Counted from the stretch's first letter, positions 47,783-57,981 are shown. The stretch: 64,000 nucleotides of DNA from Candidatus Heimdallarchaeota archaeon (GCA_016839945.1 JAEOTE010000025.1:12517-76516); one strand, 5' to 3'. Notes: a model not told the origin generated them from the letters alone. Numbers and translations are program-made.

Positions 47783-48892
47783 CTATGTTTTGATTTCATC
47801 TTCATTCTGTGTTTCTTCGATTTCTTCTTCTTTCTTCTTATCTTCTTTTTGTTTATAATCCTTCAAAAATATTGAAGTAATTGCTGCTGTAATTAGAGTA
47901 AGACCTGTCCCTATAAGTGTTTGATAAATAATCGAAGCACCAGTTATTGCGGGATCTATAAGAAGACCCTCCATTAAAGATTGTGTTGTAATTGTTCCTA
48001 CTCCTAATCCTGCTGGAGTAACAATTCCTGCTAGCAATGTTATTGAAGTTATAGAGGCAGAATCAATCAAAGAAAGGGTTTCTCCAAATGCCAATAGAGT
48101 AAATTTGAGAGAATAAAATTCCAGAATCCACCTTACAATTGTTGTAATAACTACATAAGTTGCAATAATTCTCTGTTTATACAGATTTTTTAGTGATGAG
48201 TAATAATTTAGCATAGCGGGATGAAAGGTATTCTCAAGCCAAAGATCTCCTTTCGATGAGAATCTCCCAACTATTTTTCTCAATATTTTGTAGAATATCT
48301 CTCCAACAGGGGGTAGGAATAAAATAAAAGATAATACGATTGTTCCAACAAGAGCGGAATAAAAAATAACCTTAGTCACAGTTTCAATTGTTGCAGCTTT
48401 ATTCGGATCAATTAATTCAAAGTTTTGAATAATCGTCGGAATTGTTTTACCTAAAGCTACAATAAAGAAAATTAAAACTACAAAGAGATCTAGTATTCGA
48501 AAGAGGACGATAGCTGCAAGAGAAGAAGTTCTTGGAATTGAAACTGATCTCTTGTTGATCTCAACACTAACTATCTCTCCAGATTTTAAAGGACCCAATG
48601 TGCTAAATCCATATCCCACAAAGAAAGGAATAAGGAAATTTTTGAAAGAAAGACCTTTCGAAGATGGTTTAACAAGGACATAGAACCGAAATGCTTTGAT
48701 GAAGAGACTAATAACCATGAAGGCTAATGCTAATAACAAGAATCCAAATGCTGATTGTAAGAATAAACCAAAAACATTACCTAAAGGTTCTTGCTTGTTT
48801 AAGTGATAAAAGAAATAAACAAGTGTTCCAAGCATAACCAAAATCACAAGTATTCTGAAGAAGTACTTTCGAAAAAAATGTTTTATGTTCAT
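47783..48892 (-). CDS. Lysylphosphatidylglycerol-synthase TM-like / flippase-like (UPF0104) membrane protein
   Basis: KAFRF..L, P.KSGE, FRILD, TPAGLG; about 8 hydrophobic segments. Confidence 0.82.
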   Translation of the reverse strand: MNIKHFFRKYFFRILVILVMLGTLVYFFYHLNKQEPLGNVFGLFLQSAFGFLLLALAFMVISLFIKAFRFYVLVKPSSKGLSFKNFLIPFFVGYGFSTLGPLKSGEIVSVEINKRSVSIPRTSSLAAIVLFRILDLFVVLIFFIVALGKTIPTIIQNFELIDPNKAATIETVTKVIFYSALVGTIVLSFILFLPPVGEIFYKILRKIVGRFSSKGDLWLENTFHPAMLNYYSSLKNLYKQRIIATYVVITTIVRWILEFYSLKFTLLAFGETLSLIDSASITSITLLAGIVTPAGLGVGTITTQSLMEGLLIDPAITGASIIYQTLIGTGLTLITAAITSIFLKDYKQKEDKKKEEEIEETQNEDEIKT

Positions 48893-48985
48893 CCGTTTGT
48901 ACCTTCAAATTCTATAAAAATAGATTTTCATATCAACAATCTAGAAGGATGAAGAAAGGAAAGGAATTAAGTTGCTTTGTTTTGA

Positions 48986-49150
48986 TTACCCAGTTTCGAC
49001 TCCGCCTTCTAGGAACCATTCGTAGGTACATTCACGACATACTTGTTTCTTTCTATAGACAGGATTATGACCAAAATAAGCAATTGGTTTAGACTTATCC
49101 TCAACTTCTTTTAAATTGCGACTATGACATTTAGGACATTCTTTAGCCAT
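48986..49150 (-). CDS. Small Zn-ribbon protein (54 aa), absent from the ORF track
   Basis: MAKECPKCHSRNLKEVEDKSKPIAYFGHNPVYRKKQVCRECTYEWFLEGGVETG*; AGGTGA SD upstream. Confidence 0.85.
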   Translation of the reverse strand: MAKECPKCHSRNLKEVEDKSKPIAYFGHNPVYRKKQVCRECTYEWFLEGGVETG

Positions 49151-49439
49151 TTCTAATTTTCACCTTTAGAATTGTTTCTTGCTTCTTTCTTTAGTCACAA
49201 CCTATAAAAAATTTGTGTAAGTTTCAATTGATGTTTAAAGTTTTCTTTTAAATGTTAAGGAAATTTTTAGAATAAATCATTAATTATGTGATTTATGTCG
49301 GAATGTTTTATACAAATAGAGTGTTAAAACACCCTAAATAGTTCTAGACATATTAAAAATGATATTAAAATATGCTAACCTGCTTTAGATTTTTTTCTTT
49401 TTTATGTGAATTTTACTCTATATAAGAATTCTTTAAAAT

Positions 49440-51083
49440 ATGAAAAATATAATCACATTAATGCAAACCATTGGAGATTTTTATGATGCATATATCAAGA
49501 ACAAGGAAGATTTTCCTGACATTGATTATTTTTACAATGATGTCCCTCAAACATACGGTGATGCTGTAGATTTAGCACTTTCAATGCCTGAGTTTAAAAT
49601 AGACTTAAATAAATTACAAGAAGCTAAAGAAGTTCTTCTTAATTATCATAAAAAACTAGGTTTGCTAACACCTAAAGTAAAAGATCATATTTTAAACCTG
49701 GAAAAAGGAGTAGTCATCGCAGGACAACAAGCAACAATCTTCGGTGGTTCAGGAATTATAGGTAACAAAATTGCTGCTCTAGCCAATATTAATGAAATAA
49801 GTAAAGAAAAGGGAAAAGAGTTAATTCCTGTTTTTCTAGTTAATACTCATGATGGAATTCAACCAGAAATAACAACAATACATTTACCTAATAACCAATC
49901 ATCGACAAGTAAACCTATTATTTTACAAGATGTAAAAGATGGAGTAACATTGAACACCATTCAATCAAATAATCCAAGTTGGTTATACGAAAATCTAAAT
50001 ATAATAAGAAACAACTTCAATGAATTCAAAACAACTATTGATAAAGATAATCAGAAATTATTTAACGAAAAAGTTGACCATGTGCTTACTTTTCTAAGAG
50101 AAACATATAGAGCATCTTTAAATCTAGGGGAATGGGTTACATTAATTTGGGGTATTCAAGCAAATATAATCAATAATTGGGGTATAGTCTTTTTACCATC
50201 ATCCGATGAAAGAATTAGAGATTTAACTACAAGCGGTTACGAATACATCTTAAAAAATAGAAAAGAATACATAGATGAATTTAATTCCGCAACCTCCAAG
50301 ATTAAAGAAATGAATCTTAAGTCTACTACAGCTCCCAAGAAAAATGATTACTCTCCCTTCTTTTATGAGTGCCTTAACGATGGATACCGCATAAAATTAA
50401 CTTGTACTGAAAATGAAAATGAATTACAGTTTCATGGAGTGTGTCCAATAGACGAGGTTGAGTACTCATTTGCAGTAGATAAAAATAATCCTGACTTATC
50501 TTCTTATAGCAAATATCTATCACCAAGGTTAGACACAAATCAAGCAATATTACAGACTTTCTTACCAACTTATATTAGGATTTCAGGTCCAGGTGAAATT
50601 AATTATAATGCTCAAGTTATTCCTCCAATAAGGAAAATTGGAATTCAATTTCCAATTTATGTGAAGTATACGCGAATGCTTTATAATACTCCATGGATAG
50701 AGAAAATAGCAAACGATTCAACAGTTGAAAAGCACTCTCTCTTTACAAAAGATTTCTTTAGCTTTCTTGGAAAAATTGCAAAATCACGAAGAAGAAAAGA
50801 AAAGGATCAACTTAGAGAAGCAACAATCACACTTACAGATTTTATTAAATCCAGAAAATCTGAATTAGAAAAATTGAAGGAAACACCAATACATCTACTA
50901 GAGAAATACAAATCTTATCAATTTGGAATGTATGATGAAAGACATCATTGGCAAGAAGTTAGTTGGCCTTGGTTTGTTATGGCTATAATAACGGGTTTAA
51001 ACGATTGTTTAGCTTCCTATAAACGATACTATTCTGGAGATTTACCTATTGGTGGAATAGGGTTTATTAATTCAAGATTGTAA
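49440..51083 (+). CDS. bshC: Bacillithiol biosynthesis cysteine-adding enzyme BshC-like
   Basis: 547 aa; VIAGQQ..FGG....NK, PVFLV.THD, LSP, Q.FLPT..RISGPGEINY.AQ, WQE; convergent with bshA. Confidence 0.8.
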   Translation: MKNIITLMQTIGDFYDAYIKNKEDFPDIDYFYNDVPQTYGDAVDLALSMPEFKIDLNKLQEAKEVLLNYHKKLGLLTPKVKDHILNLEKGVVIAGQQATIFGGSGIIGNKIAALANINEISKEKGKELIPVFLVNTHDGIQPEITTIHLPNNQSSTSKPIILQDVKDGVTLNTIQSNNPSWLYENLNIIRNNFNEFKTTIDKDNQKLFNEKVDHVLTFLRETYRASLNLGEWVTLIWGIQANIINNWGIVFLPSSDERIRDLTTSGYEYILKNRKEYIDEFNSATSKIKEMNLKSTTAPKKNDYSPFFYECLNDGYRIKLTCTENENELQFHGVCPIDEVEYSFAVDKNNPDLSSYSKYLSPRLDTNQAILQTFLPTYIRISGPGEINYNAQVIPPIRKIGIQFPIYVKYTRMLYNTPWIEKIANDSTVEKHSLFTKDFFSFLGKIAKSRRRKEKDQLREATITLTDFIKSRKSELEKLKETPIHLLEKYKSYQFGMYDERHHWQEVSWPWFVMAIITGLNDCLASYKRYYSGDLPIGGIGFINSRL

Positions 51084-51085
51084 GT

Positions 51086-52198
51086 TTACAATATCTTTTG
51101 ATACCAATCAAGATACATGTTTGTTATTTTTACAGATTCAAACTGATTGACTACTTTTTCTCTACCTTTTTTTCCTAATGATTTAGTTTTTGATTCATCT
51201 TCAAGTAATTGTATCATATAGTTTACAAAAGTATCTATATCTTCCAATTCATATACAAAACCGTTCTCATTGTGATCTAATACTTCAGTAACTCCACCAA
51301 CATCCGGTGCTATTACAGGAACTTCACATGCCATTGCTTCTGCCAGTGTTAAACCAAAGCTCTCTTTAGAGCTCGCAGATAGTAAAGCAGATGCACAGTT
51401 GTATATGGGAGTCAAGGTGTTTCGAACTCCTTGAAAAATAACATGCTCACGAATATCTAGTTGGTTTGCCAATTCTTCACTTTTCTTTCTCTCAGGACCT
51501 TCACCAACCATAATAAGACCAACATCTGGAAATTGTTTGACAACTTCTGAAAAAGCTTCTACAATGAAAGGTGTGTTTTTAATAGGTCTAAAGTTTGACA
51601 CATGAACAAAATTCTTCTCATGTTTAATTCTGAAATCACATATCTGAGTGTCAATTTTTCTATATTTATGGATGTCAATAGGATTGTAAAGAACCTCAAT
51701 TTCTCTGTCATTAGCAAATTTAGTAGCTAATTCGTTTTTCATATAATTTGATACAGTCGAAAGACCATCAACAGAATTTAAGACGTGAGAAATTATTGGA
51801 TTGTAAGCAGGATCAATCCCTAAAGTGTGAATATCGGAACCATGAGCTGTTATGGCTACAGGTACATTTGTTATTTGTTTCGCCAAATATGCAGATACTC
51901 CAACTGGAATGGCATAATGAATATGTAAAAGATCTAAATCCCATTTTTTGGTTATTTGAGCCAATTTTGATGCAGCTAGAATTGTGTAAGGTGCACCTAT
52001 ATCCCTGAAAAGTGGGTAGGAAAGGATATCTACCAAATGAAGTGTAATATTTGGATGTCTATATGTTCTTAGTAAAAAAGGTGTATCATAACTAATGAGA
52101 TGTACATCATGACCCATTTTAGCTAACTCTATAGCGATTTGAGTTCCAACAATACCTGACCCTCCAACAGTTGGAAAACAATTAATTCCTATTTTCAT
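51086..52198 (-). CDS. bshA: N-acetyl-alpha-D-glucosaminyl L-malate synthase
   Basis: MKIGINCFPTVGGSG, YPLF...PY, HIHYAIP, HGSDI, HVSNFRPIK, ESFGLTLAEAMAC.VPV. Confidence 0.9.
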   Translation of the reverse strand: MKIGINCFPTVGGSGIVGTQIAIELAKMGHDVHLISYDTPFLLRTYRHPNITLHLVDILSYPLFRDIGAPYTILAASKLAQITKKWDLDLLHIHYAIPVGVSAYLAKQITNVPVAITAHGSDIHTLGIDPAYNPIISHVLNSVDGLSTVSNYMKNELATKFANDREIEVLYNPIDIHKYRKIDTQICDFRIKHEKNFVHVSNFRPIKNTPFIVEAFSEVVKQFPDVGLIMVGEGPERKKSEELANQLDIREHVIFQGVRNTLTPIYNCASALLSASSKESFGLTLAEAMACEVPVIAPDVGGVTEVLDHNENGFVYELEDIDTFVNYMIQLLEDESKTKSLGKKGREKVVNQFESVKITNMYLDWYQKIL

Positions 52199-52279
52199 GA
52201 CAAAAATCTCTATGATTACACTCTTAAAAAAATTCTGTATGATAACTTTTTTGATTTTGTCTAGTAGGATTAAGAATCT

Positions 52280-52816
52280 CTAGTCATAAAGTCTACTCAT
52301 AAACTCTTTTTGTTTTTTTACTACTTCTTTACTATTCTTTGCTTGTGAATAGCTTTTAAGATATTCACCATTGATTTTCATAAATTCTTCACCCCAGCTA
52401 ACAAGATTCAGAATTTCTTTGCTTTGTTTTTTTGCTCCTAGAATATATAATGCAGAAGCTATTGCTTCCAAAGTGCTTAGTTTTGAAGGATCACCATAAT
52501 TTGTGGGATTAGTCGCAACAAGAAAGGGTAAAGCTCTTCCTTTACCTCTCTCTAAAGCTTTTCTCCCACCTTCAATGTCATTCCAAGAACAGTCAACTCC
52601 AATAATTCCGAATTTCTTTGCGTTCTCTCTATCTTTTGGAGATAATGCAATTTTTGAGAAAGGAGAAAGCACAATACTGTTAGATTTGATGTGTTTAATG
52701 TTAATTTCTTTTGCTTTTTTAAACTTTATAACTCGGACTGCAGTACATAATTTTGGATTGCATGTGTGAAAATTACAGATGAAAACAGGAATAAATTTAA
52801 TTTGTGTGTTATTCAT
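52280..52816 (-). CDS. tsr3: SSU rRNA aminocarboxypropyltransferase Tsr3
   Basis: CNPKLCT, LSP.D, VDCSW, RALPFLVATNPTNYG...KLSTLEA, WG.EF...N...L..Y. Confidence 0.95.
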   Translation of the reverse strand: MNNTQIKFIPVFICNFHTCNPKLCTAVRVIKFKKAKEINIKHIKSNSIVLSPFSKIALSPKDRENAKKFGIIGVDCSWNDIEGGRKALERGKGRALPFLVATNPTNYGDPSKLSTLEAIASALYILGAKKQSKEILNLVSWGEEFMKINGEYLKSYSQAKNSKEVVKKQKEFMSRLYD

Positions 52817-52861
52817 TCAAAATCACTTTGAAGGTACATTCCTTGATTATTAAGATTGTAA

Positions 52862-52958
52862 TGGCGATCCCGGTGCGACTCGAACGCACGACCATCTGCT
52901 TTCTTCATCGCTCAAGATATAGGAGGCAGACGCTCTATCCAAACTGAGCTACGGGACC
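52862..52958 (-). tRNA. tRNA-Arg(CCU) with 19-nt intron (52901-52919) at 37/38 and encoded CCA
   Basis: GGTCCCG/CGGGATC acceptor stem, GCTC/GAGC D stem, TCTGC/GCAGA anticodon stem, GTGCG-TTCGAGT-CGCAC T arm, G73-CCA. Confidence 0.93.
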
Positions 52959-53043
52959 TTGGTGAATTGTTATTTTCTTTTTCTTTTGAGTTTTACCTTT
53001 GCTAAGATTTTTGATTAATAAAAATAGAGGATATAAACAATGT

Positions 53044-53748
53044 CTATGTCGCAAAGGGGTCATATTCTTCTACTTTCTTCTTTAACTTCTTTATTTGTTC
53101 AGAGACAATATTAATATCTTCCTTCGATTTAAGATTTTTAAATAACTCCAGTGCATCTTCGTATGAGCGCAGTGCGATTTGTAGATTTTCTGGTGATTTT
53201 TTTGCAACATTTTCTTTGGCAAGATCAACATGGAGGTTTCCTATTCTAGTTTTTAACTCCTTCTCCTGTTTTTTATCTTTGATTTTAGTACTTGCATCTA
53301 GGGCACTTCTTAAGAAGTTTATTTTTTTATTTACATCTTTTTCTTTCTCTACTAAGGCTCTGAAATGCTTTATGCTAATATTATATTCTTTTTTAGCCCT
53401 TGCTGCATTTTGAGATAGTAAACATTCTCCTGCTAGAAGATGAGCTTTGGCTTTTTGTTCAATATCCTTTGATTTAATAGCCATAACGTTAGCAATTTGA
53501 GCACCAAAATTATGTGCTAGATTACCAATTTCGAGAAAAGTTAGAGCCCTGTTCATAAGATTTTTTTCACTTTTCCAGCAATCCGCTGCTCTATACGCAA
53601 AATAAATTGCTTCTTCAGGTTCTTCGTTTTTTATTGCTAGAGATATCAGATGTTCAAAAGTTCTTGCCGCATCTTTGAATCTCTTTGCATTATAATTAGC
53701 ATTTGCTTCTTCTATGAGAACATTCATTTTTCCATCAATGTCTGACAT
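53044..53748 (-). CDS. Helical-repeat (TPR/SNAP-like) protein
   Basis: Ala-rich helical hairpins (DAARTFE, AYRAADCWK, HLLAGECL, ALRSYEDALELF). Confidence 0.65.
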   Translation of the reverse strand: MSDIDGKMNVLIEEANANYNAKRFKDAARTFEHLISLAIKNEEPEEAIYFAYRAADCWKSEKNLMNRALTFLEIGNLAHNFGAQIANVMAIKSKDIEQKAKAHLLAGECLLSQNAARAKKEYNISIKHFRALVEKEKDVNKKINFLRSALDASTKIKDKKQEKELKTRIGNLHVDLAKENVAKKSPENLQIALRSYEDALELFKNLKSKEDINIVSEQIKKLKKKVEEYDPFAT

Positions 53749-53829
53749 TTATCTTCTTGTTATAATGCTTTATGCTAATTCTTAATTTTTTTGGATGTGG
53801 TTCATCTAACTAATTCTACTTCTCTTGAA

Positions 53830-55395
53830 TTAAATCTCTGGCCATTTGAGAGTATTTTTCCAATTAAGGATTCTGTATAATTTTGTTGGATTCACGTCTT
53901 TCAATGGTGCATAATTTACACCAAAGTTATCCAGTTTTTTATTAAATTGTTTTAAACGTTTTATGAATGATTCATAGTTCTTACTCTCTCTTAAAGTCCA
54001 ACCAATCTCAGCAACAGCAGCTAATCTAGGAAAGATTTGCCATTCCAACCTTTCTCTGTTAGGAACCCACTCACACCACAATGGGGCTTCAACACCAAGA
54101 ATTTTTTCATGGTATTTTTCATGGAGGTTTTTTGGTATAGGTTCAAAGGAATATGTTTTTTGTAGAGGAATTAGAATGTAATTGTAATCTAAATATACGT
54201 GAAATAAATGAGAAGATACAATACTCCCTCCATTATAAATGTGATTTAGAATCTCGCTTTTCTTCCTCAACCACCATTGAGCAATTACTTCTTTATCTAT
54301 ACCATCATATAGTATTTCATTCCATCCCATTGCCTTTTTATCTTGAGATTTTAAGTAATCAACAATTCGTTTTGTGAAATAATTGCGAAGATCCTTAGTT
54401 TTTTTGATTTTTTCATCTTTCATTCTAGATTTACAATCAGCACATTTTTTCCAACGTTTTATGGGAACCTCATCTCCACCAATATGTATTATATCAGAAG
54501 GAAATAATTCCATTATCTCATTTAATGTGTTTTTTAGAAAATTGAAGGTTTCCTCTTGACCAACGCAGAAAATATCTTTGAAAATACCTGGTTTTATTGC
54601 TACTTCTTTTTGTTTTTTTTGACAACTTAATTCTGGATATGCCGCAATAGCTGCTCTACAATGCCCTGGCATTTCAATTTCTGGGATTACAGTAATGAAT
54701 CTGTCCTGAGCATATAACACAATCTCCTTTATATCTTCTTGAGTGTAAAAACCTTGGTGAGGTTTTCCTCGATATTTTTTACTCCACCATGTCTTGATTT
54801 TTGTATCTTCTCTTTTTGATCCAATATCAATTAATTTTGAATATTTCTTTATTTCAATCCTCCAACCTTGATCCTCTGTAAGGTGCCAATGGAAAACGTT
54901 CATCTTCATCAAAGCAAGAAGATCTAAGATGTGCTTGATTGTATCTATATCGTGAAAATGTCTTCCTACATCAAGCATGAATCCTCTCCATTTAAATCTA
55001 GGATAATCTTCAATCTTTAAACATGGAACTGTATGAATTTTTTCTTTGGAATCAATCTTTATTATCAGTTCTTCATGTATTAATTGTCTTAATGATTGAA
55101 TTCCATAAAAAATACCTTTTGCAGTAAGTGCTTTAATGAAAATCGTTTCTTTGAGCACTTCGAGTATGTAGCCTTCATCTTCTAAATTTTTTAAGGAATC
55201 ATCAAGAATAAAATTAATACTATTTGGATTATTACCACTATTTACTTCTTTAAGCTTATAACCTATAGATTCTATCATTAGCTCTAGGAAATACTTTACT
55301 AATGTAGAAAGATTTGATGTTGAATAAATGCAAGTACTTGAATTAAGGTAAAACTCTCCTTCTTTGTATTGAATATCTACTGGTAATGGTATCAT
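53830..55395 (-). CDS. Beta-N-acetylhexosaminidase (GH20)
   Basis: DYPRFKWRGFMLDVGRHF, HWHLTEDQGWR, PEIEMPGH, catalytic HIGGDE, WNE, LWCE. Confidence 0.96.
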   Translation of the reverse strand: MIPLPVDIQYKEGEFYLNSSTCIYSTSNLSTLVKYFLELMIESIGYKLKEVNSGNNPNSINFILDDSLKNLEDEGYILEVLKETIFIKALTAKGIFYGIQSLRQLIHEELIIKIDSKEKIHTVPCLKIEDYPRFKWRGFMLDVGRHFHDIDTIKHILDLLALMKMNVFHWHLTEDQGWRIEIKKYSKLIDIGSKREDTKIKTWWSKKYRGKPHQGFYTQEDIKEIVLYAQDRFITVIPEIEMPGHCRAAIAAYPELSCQKKQKEVAIKPGIFKDIFCVGQEETFNFLKNTLNEIMELFPSDIIHIGGDEVPIKRWKKCADCKSRMKDEKIKKTKDLRNYFTKRIVDYLKSQDKKAMGWNEILYDGIDKEVIAQWWLRKKSEILNHIYNGGSIVSSHLFHVYLDYNYILIPLQKTYSFEPIPKNLHEKYHEKILGVEAPLWCEWVPNRERLEWQIFPRLAAVAEIGWTLRESKNYESFIKRLKQFNKKLDNFGVNYAPLKDVNPTKLYRILNWKNTLKWPEI

Positions 55396-55518
55396 TTCTC
55401 TTTTTGGAAATTCTACTTAATAGTTATTGAAAGTTTCGCAAAATTCTTGTTGGAGTCAATTTGAGGTTTTCCAAAGACAAAGGTTTTAAAGTTTCTTTTT
55501 TTTCATGCGAATGATAAT

Positions 55519-57981
55519 ATGACCGTTGCTGATTTTTTCCTAGAGATTTGGACAAGGTTTCAAAGTTGGGATATAACAACAATATTCGGAATAGTTCTAG
55601 CTGCGATAGGTTTATTCTTCCTTATTAGCGAAATTCGAACTAAAATAAAATATGGAACTACTTCCGAAAATTTAATGTTAGCTTTTATCGCTCTTACATT
55701 TGGACTAGTCCTAGTTCTAATTACTAAATGGTTGTTAGCAATTGCATTAAGTTTCTTTGTTTTAGCGGTTTACCAGACTATACAATTAAGAGAATCACCT
55801 GTTTGGAGAGAATTAATGATCGTATCTGTAGTTACATATCTTGTATTTCTTGTAGGTACAGTTGGTGATTATATTTTTGAAGTTGTAACTGGTGAGAAGA
55901 ATGAAATCTTCACAGGTTGGGCTTACAACCTTATGATTTTTGTATTTATAATAATGGCATTAATCTTCTTTGGAAAGAAATTTGTGCTTGTAAGTCGATT
56001 AATGTCTCCACAAATTCTCTACCTAGTACTTTTTGCATTGGTTTATGTTGTTCTTTATCTTGGTACAAATATCCTTAGTAGAACAGCAGGAATAGAAGCA
56101 GAAAATCTAAATTGGTTTTACTTATCATCAGTATTAGATCAAAAAATAGCTGAAAGGATAATCTTTCTCTCTCTGGCTCCTTATGAAGTTCTTATTGTAG
56201 TATCGTTTGTAATGTATTTCATATCTGGTCCATTATTAACAAAACTTTTAGGAATCAAACCTGTTGAAGATGAAAGAATTTTGAAGATAGTTGAAGAAAT
56301 AAGAAAAAGACTAGGAATAAAGAGGAAAATAAAAGTTGGTTTTGTTGAAGCACCAATATTGAATGCAATGGCTTACGGTCCTTGGTTTGATCAGCGTATA
56401 GCCTTTATCTCACGCGAATTAAGCGATTTTACTGATGATGATATTAAAGGTATAGTCACTCATGAACTTGCTCATAATAAAAGATTGCATGTTGTATGGT
56501 TACAAATTATTGCATCTGCTGAGATGATTATTAAGAAAGCACTTCTTCTACCTGCTACAACTCTTGATTATGCAGCTTATAAACAGAATGTGCCTTTTGC
56601 CATTTACTTTTTAATTAACTATGGAATTATAGCATTCTTATTCATTTTTGTGAGGATTTTGGAGGGAGACGCAGACCTACAAACGAAGAAAGTAGGTTAT
56701 GGAAAAGAATTAGCACAGGTTCTGTACAAGCTTGAAGGTTTTTATCAAGGTATTGCTGGTGATTTCGGATTGAATGTACAACTGCTTACAGGGAAAGAAT
56801 TTACAGAAGAGGAAAAACAACGATTTCGAGGAGAAGCAGCCATTCGCTTATATCGCCATTTATATAGACCTGGAAGATGGGATATGATTTCCAATATCTT
56901 CATGTCGCATCCTAGAACAGCTTATAGGATTGTTGCAGTTCTGGAAGATGACTTCTCTCCAGTAAAAGGAGCACTTCTTCCTTATTGGCTTGTTTTACCA
57001 AACTTCATGCGAAGAAAAGCGATAAAACAATTGACAAATAAAAGAGAACAATTTTCCGAACTAATAACAGAAAAATATGATGAATATTATGGAGAAGAAG
57101 GAGTAAAAAACTTCCTAGAATTAACAAGAATGGAAGAACTTGTTTCTACACTAAAAGGTAGACATATTATTGCATATGATCATATTGCAGAAGATGTTGT
57201 TATAGGTGATGTTGAGGGGATTCAAATTAGTAAAACAATATGTCAACCTTTGCTTCTAAGAATTAAAACCCAAAAAGAAGAAAAACAAATTTTAATCACA
57301 GACTATGCTATAGCAGATGTTCAAAAAGATGGTCTTTATATATTAAAGAATGGAAGATTAGGAAAATTAACTTCTTGGGAAATTAATCCAAACAATAACA
57401 AACCAACTTTCATATTTGAAACCTTATCTGGAGAAAAGAAATCTTTTAAGACCAAGTATACAGGAAAAACTGTTGACTACTTTAATCAGCTAGTAGAAAA
57501 AAAAGTTATTTTCTACAAGGATGGATTGGATAGAGATGCTAAGATGAAGAGTTTTGAAATAGGATCTTCTTTTCAAAATACTGCATTTGTTTTCGAAGTT
57601 GATAATTCAGAAAAATATGAAACAATTGTAATTGGCGGTAATGAACTTATAATAGATCTTCCTCCCATACTTATGAGATTAGATAAAGATAAGATGAAAT
57701 CTCAACATAATCTACTTAAATCGTTAATTGGAAGTTCTGTAATCCTTTTTACAAAAGAAGAATTAGAGATAGGAATAGCTTGTGAAATATCAGAAGTTAC
57801 AGATAAAACCTTGAAATACAAAATCAAAGATAAGATATCAAAAATTGAGAAAAAGAAAATAGATTATATTTATCTATATGCTGATACTCCAAAATTTATG
57901 ATGAAGAAACATATTTCATTATTTGATAGGTTTCTATACTGGTTATCAAACCGAAGAGAAATGAAATACATCTTTGGTTAA
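55519..57981 (+). CDS. M48 (HtpX/Ste24-like) membrane zinc protease with extra TM helices and a long soluble C-terminal region
   Basis: NAMAYG, HELAH, EGDAD, SHP...R; multiple N-terminal TM segments. Confidence 0.88.
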   Translation: MTVADFFLEIWTRFQSWDITTIFGIVLAAIGLFFLISEIRTKIKYGTTSENLMLAFIALTFGLVLVLITKWLLAIALSFFVLAVYQTIQLRESPVWRELMIVSVVTYLVFLVGTVGDYIFEVVTGEKNEIFTGWAYNLMIFVFIIMALIFFGKKFVLVSRLMSPQILYLVLFALVYVVLYLGTNILSRTAGIEAENLNWFYLSSVLDQKIAERIIFLSLAPYEVLIVVSFVMYFISGPLLTKLLGIKPVEDERILKIVEEIRKRLGIKRKIKVGFVEAPILNAMAYGPWFDQRIAFISRELSDFTDDDIKGIVTHELAHNKRLHVVWLQIIASAEMIIKKALLLPATTLDYAAYKQNVPFAIYFLINYGIIAFLFIFVRILEGDADLQTKKVGYGKELAQVLYKLEGFYQGIAGDFGLNVQLLTGKEFTEEEKQRFRGEAAIRLYRHLYRPGRWDMISNIFMSHPRTAYRIVAVLEDDFSPVKGALLPYWLVLPNFMRRKAIKQLTNKREQFSELITEKYDEYYGEEGVKNFLELTRMEELVSTLKGRHIIAYDHIAEDVVIGDVEGIQISKTICQPLLLRIKTQKEEKQILITDYAIADVQKDGLYILKNGRLGKLTSWEINPNNNKPTFIFETLSGEKKSFKTKYTGKTVDYFNQLVEKKVIFYKDGLDRDAKMKSFEIGSSFQNTAFVFEVDNSEKYETIVIGGNELIIDLPPILMRLDKDKMKSQHNLLKSLIGSSVILFTKEELEIGIACEISEVTDKTLKYKIKDKISKIEKKKIDYIYLYADTPKFMMKKHISLFDRFLYWLSNRREMKYIFG

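Noticed and set aside
49151-49439. AT-rich ~290-bp gap as a possible replication origin
   Set aside because: No ORB repeats or cdc6; explained as a divergent promoter region between the Zn-ribbon gene and bshC.
43329-52958. Region between the two tRNAs as an integrated element
   Set aside because: No integrase, no duplicated tRNA 3' end noticed, and housekeeping-type content such as tsr3.
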